Shown here: piece after piece, positions 59,534-64,000 of the stretch
How the letters are laid out: every line of letters begins with the position of its first letter
How positions within the stretch are numbered: the first letter of the stretch is position 1
Notes under the pieces: model-generated
Told to the model about the DNA's origin: nothing
The model's database searches: none
Seen by the model: the letters and a program-made list of their open reading frames with translations, nothing else
NCBI GenBank assembly: GCA_965203805.1
Contig: OZ241917.1
Coordinates: forward strand, 1,632,001-1,696,000
Source: Candidatus Latescibacterota bacterium
Lineage (GTDB): Bacteria; Latescibacterota; UBA2968; GCA-2709665
Reading direction: 5' to 3'
Length of the DNA stretch: 64,000 bases
Program-made: the position numbers and the translations under genes

Positions 59534-60918
59534 TCCTGTCCCAAAAACACCTCACCATGCTTCCGCCTGCCTGCGCAGTGCCCTGCGCTGCAGGCAGGCC
59601 GAACCATCCCCTCTCGCCGGCTTCCCACGTGCTTCCAGAGTACCACTCCCAGCAAACATCCGGAGATTGCGGGTACAAGCGCCGTCAGTGCGGCGCCGTG
59701 GAAATGGTGCGCCAGAATTCCGGCGGCCGTTCCCGCCACGACGAGAATCACCATCAAAACCAATGCTCGACCCTGCCTGTGGGCGGCGAGCAGGGCGGTA
59801 TGCGCCAGGCCGCACAACACGAAAGGCGGCACGCACCAGACCAGCAGCCTTGCGTACGGCACCGATGGCGTATAGGCGTGGCCCAGAAGCCAGGATACCG
59901 CCGGGCCCAACATCACGTGAACGACGGCTGAAACGGCGACGGCAAGGCCCGTCAGCGTCACCGCGGACCGGACGGCCAGTTTCAGGAACGCCTGCCGATC
60001 GGAAAGCCGGGTGCTCAGGGCGGGCAGGACGGCCTCGAAACTCGCTCCGATCAGAATGAGCAGCGCCGCCGCCAGCCGGTACCCCACGGCCAGATACCCT
60101 GCTTCCGCGCCGCCACCGGTCTGATAATACATCGTGAGGTAATTCAGATTCAACAGATTGATGAGGAAATACACCGCGGGCAGGTGTTTCAATCCGTCCA
60201 CGAACCGGCGCCGATTGAGTCCGGTGAGAAGAAACGGACCGACTCTACACCCCACCCGCCGGACAGAGACGAACCCCGCCCCGAAATACAATGCGCGAGA
60301 GACCAGGTAGCACAACCCGACGCCCACAAGATCCCAACCCGCCATCATCGCGCCGATCCCGCCTGCCAGCAGCAGGATGTTGGCTCCGAGCATAAGCACG
60401 GCGCAGGTTGCGGATCTCTGAAGGCCCTTGAACACGGCAACGAGCCCGTCCCCCATGCTCATCAATACCGTCGAACCGCCCACGAGGAGTACGGCCAGCG
60501 TCACATCCGATCCGGTCTCGAACGCGCGGGCGGCCAGCAGCATAATCGCCAGCACCGGGGTCGCCAGCGCCAGCTTCAACGACAGGGCCTCGGAGCACGC
60601 GGTCCGACCCGCTGTCAGGCTCGAGGCCGAGGCCTTGATGACCCGGTTGTTCGATCCCGCGTCCAGGAGCGGAACGAAAAAAGCGGTCAGCCCAACGACA
60701 AAGACGTAGTCGGCCAGCCCGCTTTCCCCAAGAAGGCGCGCCACACCCACCAGAAGCAGCATCCCTCCAAGCAGGTGAGCGCCTTTCTCCACCGTGATAA
60801 AGATCGAGTTTTCCGAAACCCGCGCCAACATCCCCTCCCATGCCACCAGAAACACGAAAAGCAGGTCAATGCCTGCTTTTCGTGTCACTGAACCGCGTGA
60901 TAATTCCTCACAATTCAA
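59530..60918 (-). CDS. Oligosaccharide flippase (Wzx/MATE-like)
   Basis: About 12 hydrophobic segments, ARLLG..DY. Confidence 0.65.
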   Translation of the reverse strand: MNCEELSRGSVTRKAGIDLLFVFLVAWEGMLARVSENSIFITVEKGAHLLGGMLLLVGVARLLGESGLADYVFVVGLTAFFVPLLDAGSNNRVIKASASSLTAGRTACSEALSLKLALATPVLAIMLLAARAFETGSDVTLAVLLVGGSTVLMSMGDGLVAVFKGLQRSATCAVLMLGANILLLAGGIGAMMAGWDLVGVGLCYLVSRALYFGAGFVSVRRVGCRVGPFLLTGLNRRRFVDGLKHLPAVYFLINLLNLNYLTMYYQTGGGAEAGYLAVGYRLAAALLILIGASFEAVLPALSTRLSDRQAFLKLAVRSAVTLTGLAVAVSAVVHVMLGPAVSWLLGHAYTPSVPYARLLVWCVPPFVLCGLAHTALLAAHRQGRALVLMVILVVAGTAAGILAHHFHGAALTALVPAISGCLLGVVLWKHVGSRREGMVRPACSAGHCAGRRKHGEVFLGQD

Positions 60919-61627
60919 ACCCGAGACGGTCGTCCACGCGTATCGTTACGGTATCCGGTTCGCTGGTGATTGCGCCTTCCGCAACGAGGACATCGTCACG
61001 GACGCGCAATTCAAAAACAAAATCGGCAGGAGCGACGGCCCGGAAGATGGGCATGCTGTTCGCTGCGTCGAAATCGACCCCAGGGCCGTCCAACTGTGTC
61101 CACATGTACCGGAGCGGGTCCCGTTCCGGGTCCGAACTGCCGGCGCCGTCCAGTGTCACCTGGAGTCCGCTCGAATAGGCGATGGTGCGATCCATGCCCG
61201 CATCCGCCACGGGCGGGCCCTGGGTGACGTGAATTTCAACCATCCCTTCCGTTTTGGCGCCGGATTTCCCGTCGTCCACCTCAACCTTGAGCGTATAGAC
61301 GCCCACGACTACCGGCGCAATCCAGACGACAGTCACCGAATCCTGAAAAAGCCCCCTCAACGAATCCAGCTTGCTTTCATCGAAGAGGCCGCCCTCCTCG
61401 TTTTTGAGGTCCGTCCAGAGATAGTCCAGTTCGTCGTTATCCGCGTCGTTCGTGAGAAGCGTAATTCTGACCTCGCTTCCCCGCCCTACGGATGGATGGT
61501 CGTCCTGGTCGGTGGTAAGCGCGACAATCTGCGGCTGTTCCTGTCTGTCCAGGAGACCACATCCCGCAAGAGCAACCAGGCAGGCCGACGCCAACGTCCA
61601 GCGCACGATATCCCTCAGAAGCGTCAT
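60908..61627 (-). CDS. Lipoprotein with PKD/REJ-like Ig domains
   Basis: Lipobox LAGC; PVADAG, LDGAGSSDP, YMWTQ. Confidence 0.75.
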   Translation of the reverse strand: MTLLRDIVRWTLASACLVALAGCGLLDRQEQPQIVALTTDQDDHPSVGRGSEVRITLLTNDADNDELDYLWTDLKNEEGGLFDESKLDSLRGLFQDSVTVVWIAPVVVGVYTLKVEVDDGKSGAKTEGMVEIHVTQGPPVADAGMDRTIAYSSGLQVTLDGAGSSDPERDPLRYMWTQLDGPGVDFDAANSMPIFRAVAPADFVFELRVRDDVLVAEGAITSEPDTVTIRVDDRLGFEL

Positions 61628-61837
61628 GGCGGGCGAGACATCCCCTTTGACCAGGTTCGCCCTGGGTTTCAACGAGACAGTGTCACGAAGGGACTGGATC
61701 ACCAGTTCAAACTCTCTGGCCGCAAAGGAGTTCCATCAAACGGCCGGGGCATCCGCGTGAGCCGGTGCTGATTCGGCCGCGGGGCCGGACAACATCGGCT
61801 GATTGGACGCCGAACCGCACTTTCGAATGCGGGAAAC

Positions 61838-62470
61838 TCAGTCGCTTTCCGTTAACAACATCGTCAGGTCCGGGAGCAGTTTCTTCGGGAGGCCCTGGTC
61901 GGTCCCGTCGTAGTAGGCCCGAACCCGCCCCTTCTTGTCCACCAGCGCAAAGCGCAGGCTGTGCATGATCTGGTCCGTGCCTTCTTCCACCCCTCCCACG
62001 CCCAGTTGAAAGCCTTCGCGTATGACGGCGTACACCCGGGGTTTTTCACCCGTCAGAAACAGCCAGCGATTCTCGTCCGCGAGATAACGGTCGGCGTACT
62101 CGGAAAGCACTGGAGGCGTATCCCGTTCCGGATCCACCGAAAAAGACACCAGCCGGGCGTCCTTGTATTTCCTCAGCGGCGCCTGAAGCGCTTGCATATT
62201 GGCCGACAGCAGCGGGCACGGACCCGCGCAATGAGTGAAGATAAAGTCCGCAACCCAGACCCGGCCAAGCAGATCCGAAAGACCCATTTTCCTGCCGCTG
62301 CGTTCCAGGAGAGCAAACTCCGGGACCTGGCTCAGAACCGGCAGGCGCTGCGATTGCGCCCGTATGGCCTTTACTTCGCGCAGGAACAGAAACGCCCCCA
62401 CGGTCAGCATCAAGAGAGTCGCACCAGCGAGCACCAGCCAGAAAACACGGACCTGTCGGGGTACGCCCAT
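61838..62470 (-). CDS. SCO/SenC copper chaperone
   Basis: FIFTHCAGPCP, SVDPERD, HS. Confidence 0.9.
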   Translation of the reverse strand: MGVPRQVRVFWLVLAGATLLMLTVGAFLFLREVKAIRAQSQRLPVLSQVPEFALLERSGRKMGLSDLLGRVWVADFIFTHCAGPCPLLSANMQALQAPLRKYKDARLVSFSVDPERDTPPVLSEYADRYLADENRWLFLTGEKPRVYAVIREGFQLGVGGVEEGTDQIMHSLRFALVDKKGRVRAYYDGTDQGLPKKLLPDLTMLLTESD

Positions 62471-62475
62471 CGGTT

Positions 62476-63285
62476 TTACCGCGCTCCTTCCCGTCGTCTG
62501 ATCACACCCAGGGAAATGCTCAACGTCGCCAGAACAAACAGACACGTCACCAGAAGGCATGCCTCCGGCGACGGAACCCGTCCCGTCAGTTCAGGCGCTT
62601 CGAGATACAGCGTGTGCCGGACCCCGGCGACGCCGTACGTCAACGGATTGATCCGCATCACCCACGCGAGCCATTCCGGCACGCCGGAAAGCGGAAACAA
62701 TGCCCCGGAAAGCGCCCACATCGGCAACAGGAAGAGGTTCATAATGGCATGGAAACCGGCCGTGGACGCCATACGCCACGCAATTGCGAAACCCAGGCCC
62801 GTCAGCGCCAGACCCACAAGAAACAGAAATGCCACCGTTGCCACGAGAGAAACAGGGCTGACCGGAATGTCCAGTTGGAATACGAACAACAGGAACACCG
62901 CCCCTTCCAGCACCGCCAGCGTCGTACCCCCCAGTACCTTGCCGATAACGACACCGCTCCTGGAAACGGGTGCGACAAGCACGGATTGCATGAATCCCTC
63001 TCTCCGGTCCTCGACCACCGAAATTGTGGAGAAGATGGCCGTAAAGAGCAAGACCATCAACAGCGCGCCAGGATAGATGTATTCCAGGTAACTCATCGTG
63101 CCGGCCATCCCTGCGGGCGCGAAAGACGCGCTCATTCCAATGCCCAGCAGCAGCCAGAACACAAATGGCTGCAGGATCGCGCCAAGCAGACGGTGCCGGT
63201 CCCGGACGAATCGCACGAGTTCCCGCCGCCACAGCGTTGCCGCCGGAAGGAAGAACCCTTCACCGCGCCTCACGTCATCCGGCAT
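62476..63285 (-). CDS. ABC-2 type permease
   Basis: DRREGF..LVAPVSR, NPLTYGV. Confidence 0.88.
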   Translation of the reverse strand: MPDDVRRGEGFFLPAATLWRRELVRFVRDRHRLLGAILQPFVFWLLLGIGMSASFAPAGMAGTMSYLEYIYPGALLMVLLFTAIFSTISVVEDRREGFMQSVLVAPVSRSGVVIGKVLGGTTLAVLEGAVFLLFVFQLDIPVSPVSLVATVAFLFLVGLALTGLGFAIAWRMASTAGFHAIMNLFLLPMWALSGALFPLSGVPEWLAWVMRINPLTYGVAGVRHTLYLEAPELTGRVPSPEACLLVTCLFVLATLSISLGVIRRREGAR

Positions 63286-64000
63286 TTCCGCCCTCCCCCG
63301 TCGCGAACGGACGCCCCGTCTCCCGGATGAACACATCCTCCAATGTGGGCCTTCCCAGTCTGATTGCAGAAATCCGTTCCCGGAAACCGGCGTACAGTGA
63401 CGCCATCATTGCCTGCCCGTCTTCACACTCAATACGCAACGTGCCGTCAACAACGACGGTGGAAGTGCTCACACGGGCTTCGATATCGGCTCTGAGCGCC
63501 TCTGTATCTTCTGCTTCGATCACCAGGACGTCTTTGTTCATCGAACGCTTCAGCGCCTCCGGCGCGCCCTCCGCGACCAGCCGCCCCCGATCCAGAATAC
63601 CCACGCGGTCGCACCGCTCCGCTTCCTCGATGAAATGCGTGGTCAACAGCACCGTGACACCCCTCTCCCCCCGCAGTTTCCGGAGATCGTCCCACATCGC
63701 CCTGCGAGCCAGCGGGTCCAATCCGCTGGAGGGTTCGTCGAACAACAGCAGCTCCGGTCCGTGCAACAGTCCTCTCGCCAGGTCCACCCGCCTTCGAAGT
63801 CCGCCGGAGAGGTCCTCGGTCCGGTCGTCCCTGCGATCCGCCAGGCGCACCGTGCGGAGCACCGATTCGATCCGCTCCTGAAGGAATCGTCCTCGCAGGC
63901 CGTATAAATGGCCCTGGTGGCGCAGGTTCTCGAAGGCAGTCAGCTTGAGGTCCAGGCTGGCATGCTGAAACACGACCCCGATGCGCGCCCGTATTCCCGC
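63275..64000 (-). CDS. ABC transporter ATP-binding protein (5' end outside window)
   Basis: LSGG, LLFDEPSSGLDP, TTH. Confidence 0.9.
   Translation of the reverse strand, partial: AGIRARIGVVFQHASLDLKLTAFENLRHQGHLYGLRGRFLQERIESVLRTVRLADRRDDRTEDLSGGLRRRVDLARGLLHGPELLLFDEPSSGLDPLARRAMWDDLRKLRGERGVTVLLTTHFIEEAERCDRVGILDRGRLVAEGAPEALKRSMNKDVLVIEAEDTEALRADIEARVSTSTVVVDGTLRIECEDGQAMMASLYAGFRERISAIRLGRPTLEDVFIRETGRPFATGEGGNAG

Overview
GC-rich bacterial chromosomal DNA. The gene families (ECF sigma-ankyrin/HEAT fusions, LamG and GHL6-type proteins, MacB-type permease) resemble Latescibacterota/Poribacteria-like genomes, but this is inference only. Positions ~2.3-56.3 kb are a large, partly decayed integron gene-cassette array read on the minus strand, with about 30 attC-like imperfect inverted repeats (RYYYAAC...GTTRRRY). 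In the best-preserved cassettes the two ends are 8-10 bp complementary core sites. No integron integrase is visible in the window, so it is CALIN-like. Cassettes encode methyltransferases, NUDIX/HAD hydrolases, phosphotransferases, three toxin-antitoxin pairs, a TIR-like gene with a nonsense codon, and a stand-alone 522-aa UG/Abi-like reverse transcriptase in an intact cassette with no room for an ncRNA (candidate new defence RT). The array also hosts an ORF-less group II intron, IS630 and IS21 remnants, two MITE families and tiny palindromic insertions. It shows duplicated cassettes, chimeric attC sites and conserved non-coding flanks shared by unrelated cassettes. The last ~7.5 kb is ordinary chromosome: family-B DNA polymerase, flippase, lipoprotein, SCO and an ABC transporter. 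All calls are by-eye motif recognition; no searches were run.
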